This document shows positions 29,084 to 39,058 of a stretch of 64,000 nucleotides of DNA, one piece after another. Source of the DNA: an uncultured Actinomycetes bacterium (GTDB lineage: Bacteria; Actinomycetota; Thermoleophilia; Gaiellales; JAICJC01). The DNA lies in NCBI GenBank assembly GCA_963744065.1, contig CAVUSN010000017.1, positions 18,496 through 82,495 of the forward strand. The letters run 5' to 3'. The number at the start of each line of letters is the position of its first letter. Position 1 is the stretch's first letter. Both the position numbers and the translations under genes were made by a program. The notes below the pieces were generated by a model. That model worked only from the letters and a program-made list of their open reading frames with translations, was not told the DNA's origin and did not search any database.

Positions 29084-30602
29084 ATGCACGCCGACACCGC
29101 GTGGGCCGAGCTCGAGCAGCGCGTCCGCGAGCTGACCGAGCTGGGCCGCGTGTCCACGCTCCTGGGCTGGGATCAGCAGACGCTGATGCCGCCGGCCGGC
29201 GCTCCCGGGCGGGCCCGCGCGGCCGCCACCATCCGCGTCCTGCGCCACCAGCGGCTGGTCGACCCGCGGCTGGGCGAGCTGGTCGGCGAACTCGGTGCAA
29301 ACGGCCTCGGCCCGACCCAGGCCGCCATGTTGCGGATCGTGGCCCGAAACCACCGCCGCGCCGCCCGCCTTCCCGACGACCTGGTGCGCCGGCTGTCGGT
29401 CGCCGGCACGCTCGGACACGACGCCTGGCAGCGGGCTCGTCGCGACCGCGATTTCGTTGCCTTCCGCCCGCACCTGGAGGAGATGGTCGTGCTCAAGCGC
29501 GAGCAGGCCGACCTGCTGGGCCACGACGGCGAGCGCTACGACGCGCTGTTGGAAGGCTACGAGCCGGACATGCGCACCGCCCGCCTGGTGCCGCTGTTCG
29601 CCGAGCTGCGCGAGCAGATCCGAGGTCTGCTCGAGGCCATCGCCGGCTCGCAGGAAGGCCCGCCGCCGCTGCCCCACCTGGACATCTCCGACGAGGCCCA
29701 GCTGCGGTTCTCCCAGCGGCTCCTGGCCGACATCGGCTTCGACCTGCGGGCCGGCCGGCTGGACTGCTCGGCCCACCCGTTCTCGAGCATGGTCGGGCTG
29801 CGCGACGTGCGCGTGACCACCCGCCTGTATCCGCACGACCCCTTCCCGGCGGTCTTCTCGACCATCCATGAAGCCGGCCACGGCATGTACGACCAGGGCT
29901 TCGACGCCGACTACGAGGGACCTGCCGCTGGCCGAGGCCCCGTCGCTGGGGGCGCACGAGTCGCAGTCGCGGCTGTGGGAGAACATCGTCGGCCGCAGCC
30001 GGCCGTTCTGGCAGCGCTACACGCCGATCCTGGGCGAGCTGGTCGGCTCCGACCTGGGCGGCTGGGAGGCCGAGCAGGTGTACCGGCATGTGAACCGGGT
30101 GGCGCCGTCGCTGATCCGGGTCGACTCCGACGAGGTCACCTACAACCTGCACATCCTGATCCGCTTCGAGCTGGAACTGGCGCTGCTGCGCGGCGAGCTG
30201 GAGGTGGCCGAGCTGCCCGAGGCCTGGAACGAGGCCTACCGCCGCCAACTGGGGATCCAGCCGCCCCACGACGGCGACGGCGTGCTGCAGGACGTCCACT
30301 GGTCGGAGGGGTCGTTCGGCTACTTCCCGACATACACGTTGGGCAACCTGTACTCCGCCATGCTGTGGAACCGGCTGCGCTCCGACCTTCCCGACGTCGA
30401 GGACGACATCGCCGCCGGCCGGTTCACGCCCATCCTGGACTGGCTGCGCGAGAAGGTGCACAAGCCTGGCCACCTGCTGGAGTGCGAGCCGCTGATGCGC
30501 GAGGTGACCGGGTCGGGCCTGACCACCGGTCCCTTCGTGGACTACCTGTGGGCCAAGATGGGCCCGCTGTACGGCATCAGCCGGCCACCAGCCGTCCGCT
30601 AG
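29084..30602 (+). CDS. M32 carboxypeptidase (Taq-like), one frameshift ~29915
   Basis: ..LLGWDQQTLMP..YDALLEGYEPD..STIHEAGHGMYDQG (HExxH), then ..LGAHESQSRLWEN..IRVDSDEVTYNLHI..LQDVHWS.G.FGYFPTYTLGN. The sequence passes from ORF 29012.. to ORF 29868..30602. Confidence 0.85.
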
Positions 30603-30613
30603 GCTGGCGCCAC

Positions 30614-31726
30614 GTGGACGGCGACGACGTCACCCAACTCTTCCTGGAGCTTGCCTCCATCCCCAGCCCGCCTGGCCGTGAGCGGGCGGTGGCAGACCGC
30701 GTGGGGGGGTTCCTGGACGGACTCGGCCTGGCCCACGACGAGGACGACGCCGGCGCCGCCATCGGCTCCGAGATCGGCAACCTGTACTGCCACATCCCGG
30801 CCACCGCCGAGGGTCAGCCGATCTTCCTGAACGCCCATCTGGACACGGTGGTGCCCACCGCCGCCATCCAGCCGGAGGTGCGAAACGGGGTGGTGGTGAA
30901 CCGCAACGACACCATCCTGGGTGCCGACAACAAGGCGGCGGTGGCGGCCATGCTGGCCGCAGCCGCCACCATCGTCCGCGAGCAGCGCGCACACGCCGGA
31001 CTGGAGCTCGTGTTCACGCCCATGGAGGAGGTGGGCCTGTGCGGGGCCAAGGGCTTCGACGTCACCCGCCTGCATGCCGGCCACGGCTACTGCTACGACC
31101 ACGCCGCCCCGATCGGCAACGTGGTGCTGGCTGCACCCACCCAGAAGAGCCTGTCGCTGGTCTTCATCGGCCGTGCGGCCCACTCCGGGATCGCCGCCGA
31201 GGACGGCCGAAACGCCGTCCAGGCCGCCGCCAAGGCGATCGCCGAGATGCGCCTTGGCCGGATCGACGAGCTGACGACGGCCAACGTCGGCCTGATCTCC
31301 GGCGGCATCGCCGGCAACATCGTGCCGCCCCGCTGCACGGTCAGCGCCGAGGCCCGCAGCCGCGATCCTGAGGCGGCCAGGGCACTGGCCCAGGAGATGC
31401 TGGACGCCGCCATGCACGCCGCCAACCTGTGCGAGTGCTCGCTGGAGTCGACCATCGTGTCGGAGTACGAGGGCTACCGGTTCACGCGCGCCCACCCGGC
31501 CGTGCGGATGGCGGCCGGCGCGCTCGAGGCGAGCGGCTATCCGGTCACCTATATCGAGTCCGGTGGTGGGGCCGACGCCAACGCGTTCAACGCGGCCGGC
31601 ATGACCTGCGTCAACCTGTGCAACGGGATGGCCGAGATCCACACCTCCGATGAGCACATCGCAGTGGCCGATCTGGAGGGTATGACCAGGGTCACGCTGG
31701 CGCTGGTGGAGGCCGCGCTCGCATAG
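30614..31726 (+). CDS. M20-family metallopeptidase (PepT/tripeptidase-like)
   Basis: ..LASIPSPPGRE..LNAHLDTVVP..LGADNKAAVAAML..FTPMEEVGLCGAK..HSGI.AEDGRNA..GGGADAN. GTG 30614 lies in the same frame as the upstream read-through ORF 29012..31726. Confidence 0.8.
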   Translation: MDGDDVTQLFLELASIPSPPGRERAVADRVGGFLDGLGLAHDEDDAGAAIGSEIGNLYCHIPATAEGQPIFLNAHLDTVVPTAAIQPEVRNGVVVNRNDTILGADNKAAVAAMLAAAATIVREQRAHAGLELVFTPMEEVGLCGAKGFDVTRLHAGHGYCYDHAAPIGNVVLAAPTQKSLSLVFIGRAAHSGIAAEDGRNAVQAAAKAIAEMRLGRIDELTTANVGLISGGIAGNIVPPRCTVSAEARSRDPEAARALAQEMLDAAMHAANLCECSLESTIVSEYEGYRFTRAHPAVRMAAGALEASGYPVTYIESGGGADANAFNAAGMTCVNLCNGMAEIHTSDEHIAVADLEGMTRVTLALVEAALA

Positions 31727-31784
31727 TCAGCCCCGGCGGCGTGGGCGTAGAATCGCGCCGCCAGCATTCCGACCGGGGGTGTTC

Positions 31785-32909
31785 ATGAGGATCGGCGTCG
31801 CCAAGGAGATCAAGACCGACGAGTACCGGGTGGCGCTGACCACCGCCGGGGTGTTGGAGTTGACCCACCACGGCCACCAGGTGCTGGTCGAGAGCGGCGC
31901 CGGCGAGGGCAGCTCGATGTCAGACGACGACTACCGGGCCGCCGGCGCGACCATCGTCGACACTGACGCCGCCTGGGGCGACGCGGATCTGGTGCTGAAG
32001 GTCAAGGAGCCGCTGGACGGCGAGTGGCAGCGGCTGTCCAAGGGTCAGGTGCTCTTCACCTACCTGCACCTGGCGGCGGCCCCGGAGCTGACCCAGGGCC
32101 TGTGCGACAGCGGCGCCGTGTGTATCGCCTACGAGACGGTGGAGACGCCCGATCGCCGGTTGCCGCTGCTGGCGCCGATGAGCGAGGTGGCGGGCCGGCT
32201 GTCGGCGCAGGTCGGCGCGTACTACCTGTTGAAGCCGTTCGGCGGCCGCGGCCGGCTGATGGGCGGCGTGCCGGGTGTGCTGCCGGCCAAGGTGCTGGTG
32301 CTGGGCGGCGGCATCGTGGGTTACAACGCGGCCCTGATCGCCCAGGGTATGCAGGCCGACGTCACGGTGTTCGAGCGCTCGGTCGACCGTATGCGGGAGT
32401 TGGACGTGAGTCTGGGCCGGACGGTGCTCCTGCAGATGTCGAGTCGGCAGGCGATCGCCGAGTCGCTGCCGGCGGCCGACCTGGTGATCGGCGGGGTGCT
32501 GATCCCGGGCGCCCGCGCGCCGCGCCTGGTGACCCGCGAGATGCTTGCCACGATGAAGCCGGGGTCGGTGCTGGTGGATGTGGCGATCGACCAGGGCGGC
32601 TGCTTCGAGACCTCCCACCCGACCACCCACACCGATCCTGTGTACATGGTCGACAACGTCCTTCACTACTGCGTGGCCAACATGCCGGGAGCGGTGCCGA
32701 TCAGCTCCACCTGGGGCCTCACCAATGTCACCCTGCCGTATGTGGAGGCGATCGCCGAGCGCGGCCTGGAAGGGGCGCTGGCGGCCGACCCGGCGCTGGC
32801 CAAGGGCGTCAACGTGGCGGCCGGCGCGGTCACCTATCAGCAGGTGGCCGAGGCGGTGGGGCTGGAGTACGTGCCGCTGGAGCAGGCGCTCTCGCTGCGC
32901 GCGGCGTAG
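31785..32909 (+). CDS. ald: alanine dehydrogenase
   Basis: MRIGVAKEIKTDEYRVALTTAGV..KVKEP..LFTYLHLAA..VLVLGGGIVGYNAA..VLVDVAIDQGGC.ETS.PTTH. GTG 31779 is an alternative start. Confidence 0.95.
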   Translation: MRIGVAKEIKTDEYRVALTTAGVLELTHHGHQVLVESGAGEGSSMSDDDYRAAGATIVDTDAAWGDADLVLKVKEPLDGEWQRLSKGQVLFTYLHLAAAPELTQGLCDSGAVCIAYETVETPDRRLPLLAPMSEVAGRLSAQVGAYYLLKPFGGRGRLMGGVPGVLPAKVLVLGGGIVGYNAALIAQGMQADVTVFERSVDRMRELDVSLGRTVLLQMSSRQAIAESLPAADLVIGGVLIPGARAPRLVTREMLATMKPGSVLVDVAIDQGGCFETSHPTTHTDPVYMVDNVLHYCVANMPGAVPISSTWGLTNVTLPYVEAIAERGLEGALAADPALAKGVNVAAGAVTYQQVAEAVGLEYVPLEQALSLRAA

Positions 32910-32933
32910 TCGCGTCCCGCTCAACCGGCGGAG

Positions 32934-33086
32934 ATGCGCAACCAAGCCGGGAAAGCCGCACCGGACGTGCGCGCGGCGATCACGGCGAACGCCCGCTACC
33001 TGGCATGGATCAGCGCCGCCTACTGGGTGGTGCCGTACGACCAGAACGGCCTTCCCGATGTGTTCTGGCGGGGCCCGCTGTACTGA
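32934..33086 (+). CDS. hypothetical 50-aa protein (below the ORF-track cutoff)
   Basis: ATG 32934 is preceded by ggcggag. The translation is MRNQAGKAAPDVRAAITANARYLAWISAAYWVVPYDQNGLPDVFWRGPLY* with consistently high GC3. No family recognised. Confidence 0.4.
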   Translation: MRNQAGKAAPDVRAAITANARYLAWISAAYWVVPYDQNGLPDVFWRGPLY

Positions 33087-33131
33087 TCCGGCCAGGCAGG
33101 GATCGGGCCGCGGTCGGCGAATGCTGCGGCC

Positions 33132-34016
33132 ATGCGCGCATATGAGGAAAAGCTTGCCGACTTTCTGACCCACCTCCAGCTCGAGCGCGGCGCCTCGCCG
33201 CACACGGTTGAGGCCTATCGCCGCGACCTGATCGACCTGGGTGACTTCGTGGAGCATGAGGACCCCGACACGATCGCCGTGTCGGTGCTGGACGACTATG
33301 GACTGGCCCTGCGTGACCGCGGTCTGTCGCCGGCCACCGTCCGCCGCCGGCTGGCGGCGGTGCGGGCATTTCTGAAGCACCGGGCCCGCGAGGGCGCGCG
33401 CAACGCGGCTCCCGGCCGCGGGATGCCGTTGCCCCGGCTGGGCCGTCAGCTGCCCGAGCCGCTGACGAAGGGCGAGGCTGAGCGGATCGTCACCATGCCC
33501 GATGCGACCCCCCGCGGACTGCGCGACCGGGCCATGCTGGAGCTTCTGTACGGCGCGGGTCTCCGGGTCAGCGAGCTGGTCTCGCTGCGCGTCTCCGACG
33601 TCGACCTGCGCGACGGCGTCGTCCGCTGCATGGGCAAGGGCGCCAAGCAGCGGCTGGTGCCGATGGGAAAGAGCGCCACCGAGGCGGCCCGTGTCTACCT
33701 GCAGCGTGGCCGTCCCTACCTAGGCCGGCTGCAGCGCGGCGACATCCTGTTTCTGAACCACCGCGGGCAGGGCATCACCCGCCAGGCGGTGTTCCAGCTC
33801 GTGCGCGAGCACGCTCGCCGGGCCGGGGTGGCCAAGGAGGTCACGCCGCACACGCTGCGCCACTCGTTCGCCACCCACCTGATCCAGGGCGGCGCCGACC
33901 TGCGCAGCGTGCAGGAGATGCTCGGCCACGCCAGCATCGAGACCACGCAGGTGTACACGCACGTCTCGCCCGACCATGTGCGGCGCGAGTACTTCAAGGC
34001 CCACCCCAGGGCGTAG
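33132..34016 (+). CDS. xerD: site-specific tyrosine recombinase XerD/XerC
   Basis: ..FLTHLQLERGASPHTVEAYRRDL..RDRAMLELLYGAGLRVSELVSL..GKG.KQR.VP..HTLRHSFATHL..GADLR.VQEMLGHASI.TTQVYTHV. Confidence 0.9.
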   Translation: MRAYEEKLADFLTHLQLERGASPHTVEAYRRDLIDLGDFVEHEDPDTIAVSVLDDYGLALRDRGLSPATVRRRLAAVRAFLKHRAREGARNAAPGRGMPLPRLGRQLPEPLTKGEAERIVTMPDATPRGLRDRAMLELLYGAGLRVSELVSLRVSDVDLRDGVVRCMGKGAKQRLVPMGKSATEAARVYLQRGRPYLGRLQRGDILFLNHRGQGITRQAVFQLVREHARRAGVAKEVTPHTLRHSFATHLIQGGADLRSVQEMLGHASIETTQVYTHVSPDHVRREYFKAHPRA

Positions 34017-34853
34017 ATGGTCGGCGTGGGGTCCGGCGTCGAGGTGCGGGCGCTGCGGCTGGACGATCTGGACTGGCTGGCGCAGCTGCACAACGACGCG
34101 TTCGCAGACCACGTCGTGCCGGCCAGCCTGGACGCCGCCGCGCTGGGCGCGTATCTGGAGGAGACGGATGTGTCGCCCGAGTTGTCGCGGGTGGCGTTCG
34201 TGCACGGACAGCCGGCCAGCTTCTGCCTGGCGGCGATGCGTGGCGAGCGGGCCAGCGTCCGGGGTGAGGGCACCGGCCGGCGGTTCCGGCGCCGCGGGCT
34301 GGGCGGTCTGGTGCTGGATGAGACGCTTGCGGCGATGACCGACGCCGGAGCCGGCGAGGTCGTGCTGGAGTCGGTTGCCAGCAACATTGCTGCACTCGAG
34401 CTCTACCGCGGGCGCGGGTTTCGCAAGCTGCGCCGGCTGCTGGGCTGGCGGCTGGGCCGCGCGGGCGACGGCAGCGAACTGGCGGAGATCCCGGTAGACG
34501 ACGCCGTTGATCGGTTGGAGGCCTGGGGCTGGCCGGATCCGCCGTGGCAGCTGGCGCCGCAGACGCTGCGCCGGCTGCGCGCCTTTGCCCTCGGCGAGGC
34601 GGCGGTGGCGCTGGGAAAGCCGCGCCACGAACGGTTCTGGCTGTACGGCTTCGGCGTCGACCCAGCTGTGCGCCGGCGGGGGGTGGGCACGTCGCTTCTG
34701 CGTGCGCTGCCGGGGCGGGTCGGCGTGCCGGCGCTGGTGCCTGAGACCTGGCGGGGCGCCGTCGCCTTCCTGGATTCGGCCGGCGGAGAGCGCGAGGGCT
34801 ACTCGCAGTGGGAGCTGGTGCGGCCACTGCCAGTTGGCGGTGCTCGCGAGTGA
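34017..34853 (+). CDS. GNAT-family acetyltransferase (two-lobed, ~278 aa)
   Basis: VRALRLDDLDWLAQLHNDAF..GTGRRFRRRGLGGLVL..A...YRGRGF, with a second RRRGVGTSLL motif in the C-terminal half. The last codons and the TGA overlap repeat locus D. Confidence 0.7.
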   Translation: MVGVGSGVEVRALRLDDLDWLAQLHNDAFADHVVPASLDAAALGAYLEETDVSPELSRVAFVHGQPASFCLAAMRGERASVRGEGTGRRFRRRGLGGLVLDETLAAMTDAGAGEVVLESVASNIAALELYRGRGFRKLRRLLGWRLGRAGDGSELAEIPVDDAVDRLEAWGWPDPPWQLAPQTLRRLRAFALGEAAVALGKPRHERFWLYGFGVDPAVRRRGVGTSLLRALPGRVGVPALVPETWRGAVAFLDSAGGEREGYSQWELVRPLPVGGARE

Positions 34854-34874
34854 CACTTGGCGGCCGCCGCCCAG
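34829..34874 (+). repeat. GCCACTTGG repeat family, locus D: two phased 23-bp units
   Basis: gccagttggcggtgctcgcgagt (34829-34851) and gacacttggcggccgccgcccag (34852-34874). Unit 1 ends with the family's cgagt signature. Confidence 0.75.
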
Positions 34875-34982
34875 GACACCCTCTGGCGGTATCAGCCTTC
34901 GTGACTCCGCGCCCACGGCGTCCGCCACGGCACCCCCCAGGCCGTCGGCCTCCCATGACTCCGATGATCTAGATTGCCGCGA

Positions 34983-36146
34983 ATGCCACGGGCGTGCGTG
35001 ATCGTGCTGGATGCGGTGGGGGCGGGCGATCTGCCCGATGCCGCGGCGTTCGGCTCAGAAGGGTCGAACACCCTCGCCCACGTGGCCGAGGCGGTCGGCG
35101 GGCTCCAGGTGCCGGCTATGCAGGCGCTCGGCCTGGGCAACATCCTTCCCCTGCGGGGCTGCCCGCCGCGTGCCGATGCGCCGTCTGTCTACGGCCGGCT
35201 GGCCGAGCGCAGCCTGGGCATGGACACCACCACCGGCCACTGGGAGATGATGGGGATCATCACCGAGCGGCCGTTTCCGACCTACCCCAACGGCTTTCCG
35301 CAGGAGCTTCTGGACGAGTTCGCGCGCCAGACCGGGCGCGGGGTGATCGGCAACTACGCCGCCTCCGGCACCGAGATCATCAAGCAGCTCGGCGAACAGC
35401 ACCAGCGCACCGGCGACTGGATCGTCTACACCTCCGCCGACAGCGTCTTTCAGATCGCCGCCCACGAGCAGACGATCCCGCTGGAGGAACTGTACGAGGC
35501 CTGCCGCACGGCCCGCCGGCTGCTGGTCGGCGAGCACGCCGTCGGCCGCGTCATCGCCCGCCCCTTCATCGGCGAGCCTGGCGCCTACGCGCGCACCCCG
35601 CACCGGCACGACTTCTCGCTGGAGCCGCCCCGGCCCAACCACCTGCAGCGGGTGCGCGAAGCCGGCATCACGGTGCACGGGGTGGGCAAGATCTGGGACA
35701 TCTTCGCCGGCTGCGACATCGACACCTCAGCCCCCACCGAATCCAACGCAGAGGGCATCGCCCGCACCACCGACCTGATGCGCAAGTTGCCCGACCACAG
35801 TTTCGTCTTCGTCAACCTGGTCGAGACCGACCAGACGTGGGGCCACCGCAACGACCCGCGCGGTTTCGCCGACGCCCTGGAGGAGTTCGACGCCGGCCTG
35901 CCCGACCTGCTGGCCGCGCACCGCCATGGCGACCTGCTGATACTCACCTCCGACCACGGCTGCGACCCAACCACGCCCTCCACCGACCACTCCCGCGAGC
36001 ACGCCATGCTGGTCGCGCACACTCCCGGCGGGCCGCTGCTCGGCCGCCGCCACGACGGCGACACCTTCGCCGACGTGGGCGCCACCGTCGCCCGCTGGCT
36101 GACCGGCGCCCATGACCCGGCGCTTGCGGGGACGCCTGTTGTCTAG
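34983..36146 (+). CDS. deoB: phosphopentomutase
   Basis: IVLDAVGAGDLPDAA.FG.EGSNTL.H..TTTGHWEMMG..TSADSVFQIAAHE..NLVETDQ.WGHRNDP..LILTSDHGCDPT. Confidence 0.9.
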   Translation: MPRACVIVLDAVGAGDLPDAAAFGSEGSNTLAHVAEAVGGLQVPAMQALGLGNILPLRGCPPRADAPSVYGRLAERSLGMDTTTGHWEMMGIITERPFPTYPNGFPQELLDEFARQTGRGVIGNYAASGTEIIKQLGEQHQRTGDWIVYTSADSVFQIAAHEQTIPLEELYEACRTARRLLVGEHAVGRVIARPFIGEPGAYARTPHRHDFSLEPPRPNHLQRVREAGITVHGVGKIWDIFAGCDIDTSAPTESNAEGIARTTDLMRKLPDHSFVFVNLVETDQTWGHRNDPRGFADALEEFDAGLPDLLAAHRHGDLLILTSDHGCDPTTPSTDHSREHAMLVAHTPGGPLLGRRHDGDTFADVGATVARWLTGAHDPALAGTPVV

Positions 36147-36162
36147 GAAGAGCGAGCTGCGC

Positions 36163-37389
36163 GTGGTCGACCTGATCGCGCGAAAGCGGGACGGGGGCGA
36201 GCTGTCGGCCGCCGAACTGCGGACGGTGATCTCGCCGGACACGCCCGACTACCAACTCTCGGCTTTCCTGATGGCCGTCGTCCTGCGCGGCATGACCGAC
36301 GCCGAGACGGCCGACCTGCTGCAGGCCATGGTCGACTCGGGCGAGCGGCTCGATCTGTCCGCGGTCGGCCGGCCGGTGGCCGACAAGCACTCCACCGGCG
36401 GTGTCGGCGATAAGACCACGCTGGTGGTGGCGCCGCTGGTGGCCGCCTGCGGGATGCCGATGGCCAAGCTGTCGGGCCGCGGCCTGGGCCACACCGGCGG
36501 CACCCTCGACAAGCTGGAGTCGATCCCGGGCTTTCGGGTCGGCCTGTCGGCGGCCGAGCTGGTCGCCCAGGTGTGCAAGGTGGGGGTGGCCGTGGCCGGC
36601 CAGACCGAGGCTCTGGTGCCGGCCGACCGGCGCATGTACGCCCTGCGCGACGCCACCGCCACCGTGCCCTCGATCCCGCTCATCGCCACATCGATCATGT
36701 CCAAGAAGGTGGCCGCCGGCGCGAACCGGCTGGTGCTCGATGTGAAGGTCGGCGAGGGCGCCTTCATGCCCAACCTGGCCTCGGCCCGCGAGCTCGCGCA
36801 GGCCATGCGCCGGCTGGGCGAGCTGGCCGGCCTGCCCACGACCTGCATGCTGACCGGCATGGCCGAGCCACTGGGCTGCGCGGTGGGAAACGCGCTCGAG
36901 GTGGTCGAGGCGGTCGCCGCCCTGCAGGGCCACGGCCCCGCCGACCTGACCGAGCTGTGCCTGGCCGCCGCGGGCCTGCTGGTCGGCGAGCGGGCAGCGG
37001 CCGAGCGGGTGCTGGCCTCGGGTGAGGCCTATGCCTGCTTCCGGCGCTGGATTGCCGCCCAGGGCGGCGATCCCGACGCCGAGCTGCCGCAGGCGCCGAT
37101 CGTCGTTCCGGTTCCGGCTCCCCGCCCCGGTGTGGTGGCGGAGTGCCACGCCCTCGGCATCGGCAACGCCGCCATGCGGCTGGGCGCCGGCCGGGCCCGC
37201 AAGGAGGACGCCGTCGACCACGCGGTGGGCGTCGTGGTGCACGCCAAGGCGGGGGACCGGGTGGAGGCCGGCCAGCCGCTGGCCACCGTGCATGCTCGCC
37301 ACGACCCCGACCTGGATGCCGTCGCAGCCTGCTTTGAGATCGGCGATGCGGAGGTCGAGCGGCCGCGCGTCGTGCTCGAGGTCGTCTAG
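36163..37389 (+). CDS. pdp: pyrimidine-nucleoside (thymidine) phosphorylase
   Basis: VVDLIARKRDGGELS..LSAFLMAV..GM...E...L..AM..SG..DKHSTGGVGDKTTL..GRGLGHTGGTLDKLESIPG..IPLIATSIMSKK. GTG 36163 follows ggaagag. The ORF track starts at 36112, which would overlap deoB. Confidence 0.9.
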   Translation: MVDLIARKRDGGELSAAELRTVISPDTPDYQLSAFLMAVVLRGMTDAETADLLQAMVDSGERLDLSAVGRPVADKHSTGGVGDKTTLVVAPLVAACGMPMAKLSGRGLGHTGGTLDKLESIPGFRVGLSAAELVAQVCKVGVAVAGQTEALVPADRRMYALRDATATVPSIPLIATSIMSKKVAAGANRLVLDVKVGEGAFMPNLASARELAQAMRRLGELAGLPTTCMLTGMAEPLGCAVGNALEVVEAVAALQGHGPADLTELCLAAAGLLVGERAAAERVLASGEAYACFRRWIAAQGGDPDAELPQAPIVVPVPAPRPGVVAECHALGIGNAAMRLGAGRARKEDAVDHAVGVVVHAKAGDRVEAGQPLATVHARHDPDLDAVAACFEIGDAEVERPRVVLEVV

Positions 37390-37396
37390 CTACGTC

Positions 37397-38269
37397 ATGC
37401 CCGAGCTGCCTGAGGTCGAGACCGTCCGCCGCGGTTTGGAGCCGCGGCTGGTGGGCCGGACGTTTGAGCGGGTGCAGATCCTGGACGGCCGGCTGACCGC
37501 GCCCGACGATCCGATGGCGGTGGGGTTGGAGTTGGACGGCGAACGGGTGACCCAGGTCGGGCGGCGCGGCAAGTACCTGCTGTTCGGGTTCGAGTCGGGC
37601 CGCACGCTGGTCGTGCACCTGCGCATGACCGGCTGGTTTCACCACACAGTTCGTCCCGAATCTGCCACGGGGTCCGTCACCCAACCTGGTACCGTGGAGG
37701 CCGCCGTTACGCATGTGCGCGCGGTTTTTGACATGGATGACGGCGGCCGGCTGGTGTACGACGATCAGCGCCGCTTCGGCACCTTCCGGCTGATCGAGCC
37801 GGGCGGGCTGGAGGAGTACCTGCGGCGGCGGGCCGGCCCCGAGCCGCTCGGCCCCGACTGGACGCCGCGCACACTCAGGGCGGCGCTGCGCGGCCGCCGG
37901 GCGCCGATCAAGGCGCTCATGCTCGACCAGTTGGTGGCCGCCGGCGTGGGCAACATCTACGCCGACGAGGCGCTGTGGGAGGCGCGCATCCACCCCCTGC
38001 GGGCGGGCGAGGCGGTGACCGCGGCGCAGGCCCGCCGGCTGCACGACGCCACGGTTGCGGTGCTGCAGCGCGGGATCGCCGCCCAGGGTGCGTCGATCCG
38101 CGACTACCGGGGCGTGGACGGCCAATCCGGGTCGATGCAGGAGCGGTTCAATGCCTATGATCGGGACGGCCAGCCGTGCCCACGCTGCGGGACGCTCATC
38201 GTCAAGATCCGCGTTGCCCAGCGCGGCACGCACTTCTGCCCGCGCTGCACCCGCCGCCCGCGAACGTGA
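37397..38269 (+). CDS. mutM: formamidopyrimidine-DNA glycosylase
   Basis: MPELPEVETVRRGL..GKYLLF..LVVHLRMTG..GVGNIYADEALW...IHP..C.RCG..I......R.THFCP.C (zinc finger). Confidence 0.95.
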   Translation: MPELPEVETVRRGLEPRLVGRTFERVQILDGRLTAPDDPMAVGLELDGERVTQVGRRGKYLLFGFESGRTLVVHLRMTGWFHHTVRPESATGSVTQPGTVEAAVTHVRAVFDMDDGGRLVYDDQRRFGTFRLIEPGGLEEYLRRRAGPEPLGPDWTPRTLRAALRGRRAPIKALMLDQLVAAGVGNIYADEALWEARIHPLRAGEAVTAAQARRLHDATVAVLQRGIAAQGASIRDYRGVDGQSGSMQERFNAYDRDGQPCPRCGTLIVKIRVAQRGTHFCPRCTRRPRT

Positions 38270-38323
38270 GCGCCCGCACACTCGGCCTCATGCTCACGCG
38301 TCCGGGCACCGACAGAGAGTCCC

Positions 38324-39034
38324 ATGACGCTGCGGCGTATGCGCTGGCTGTGCCTGCCCGCCCTGCTGGTGGCGGTCGCCGCCGGCTGCGGCGGCTCGTC
38401 GTCCTCCGGCGCCAAGAGCGGCCCCAAGCCGATCTCCAGCGCCTCCGCCGACTGGAAGGTGTACGCGCCCAAAGGCGGCGGCTACAAGATCCAGATCCAC
38501 TCCGGCTGGGTGACGATCGACGCCGCCAGCCTGGCCGCGTCCAACGGCGTGAAGGCGCTGGCAGCAAGGAATCCTGCCCTGTCGGGCGCCCTCTCCAGCT
38601 TCGCCCAGATGGCCAAGCAGCCGGGCGTGCTGGTCGCCTTCGACCGCACCAGCGCCGGCCGCGGCGTGACCAGCCGGACGGGCTTTGCCCCCAACATCAT
38701 CGTCCGCCGCATCCCGCTCGACACGGCCGAGTCCGACTCGGCGCTGCTCGACACGGTGCTGAACCAGGGCAGGATCAACGCCAGCGGCATCCCCACCGCA
38801 ATCGGCTCGCCGACCGTCTCCCGGCTGACCATCGCCGGGCACCCCGGCGGCGTGGTCAGCTACCGGGTGAGCGAGAACACGGCCGTCGGCACCGCCAAGA
38901 TCACCGAGAGCGACTACGTGACCGTGCGGGACGGCATCGCCTACACGGTCTACTGCTCGTCGATCATCACGGACATGGCGCGCATCCAGCCCGACTGCGA
39001 CCACGCGTTGTCCAGCTTGACCTTCACCGACTGA
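38324..39034 (+). CDS. hypothetical lipoprotein
   Basis: Signal peptide with lipobox LLVAVAAGCGGSSSS. 236 aa. No family recognised. Confidence 0.6.
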   Translation: MTLRRMRWLCLPALLVAVAAGCGGSSSSGAKSGPKPISSASADWKVYAPKGGGYKIQIHSGWVTIDAASLAASNGVKALAARNPALSGALSSFAQMAKQPGVLVAFDRTSAGRGVTSRTGFAPNIIVRRIPLDTAESDSALLDTVLNQGRINASGIPTAIGSPTVSRLTIAGHPGGVVSYRVSENTAVGTAKITESDYVTVRDGIAYTVYCSSIITDMARIQPDCDHALSSLTFTD

Positions 39035-39058
39035 CCGACCGCCGCCTAAGATCGGGAC

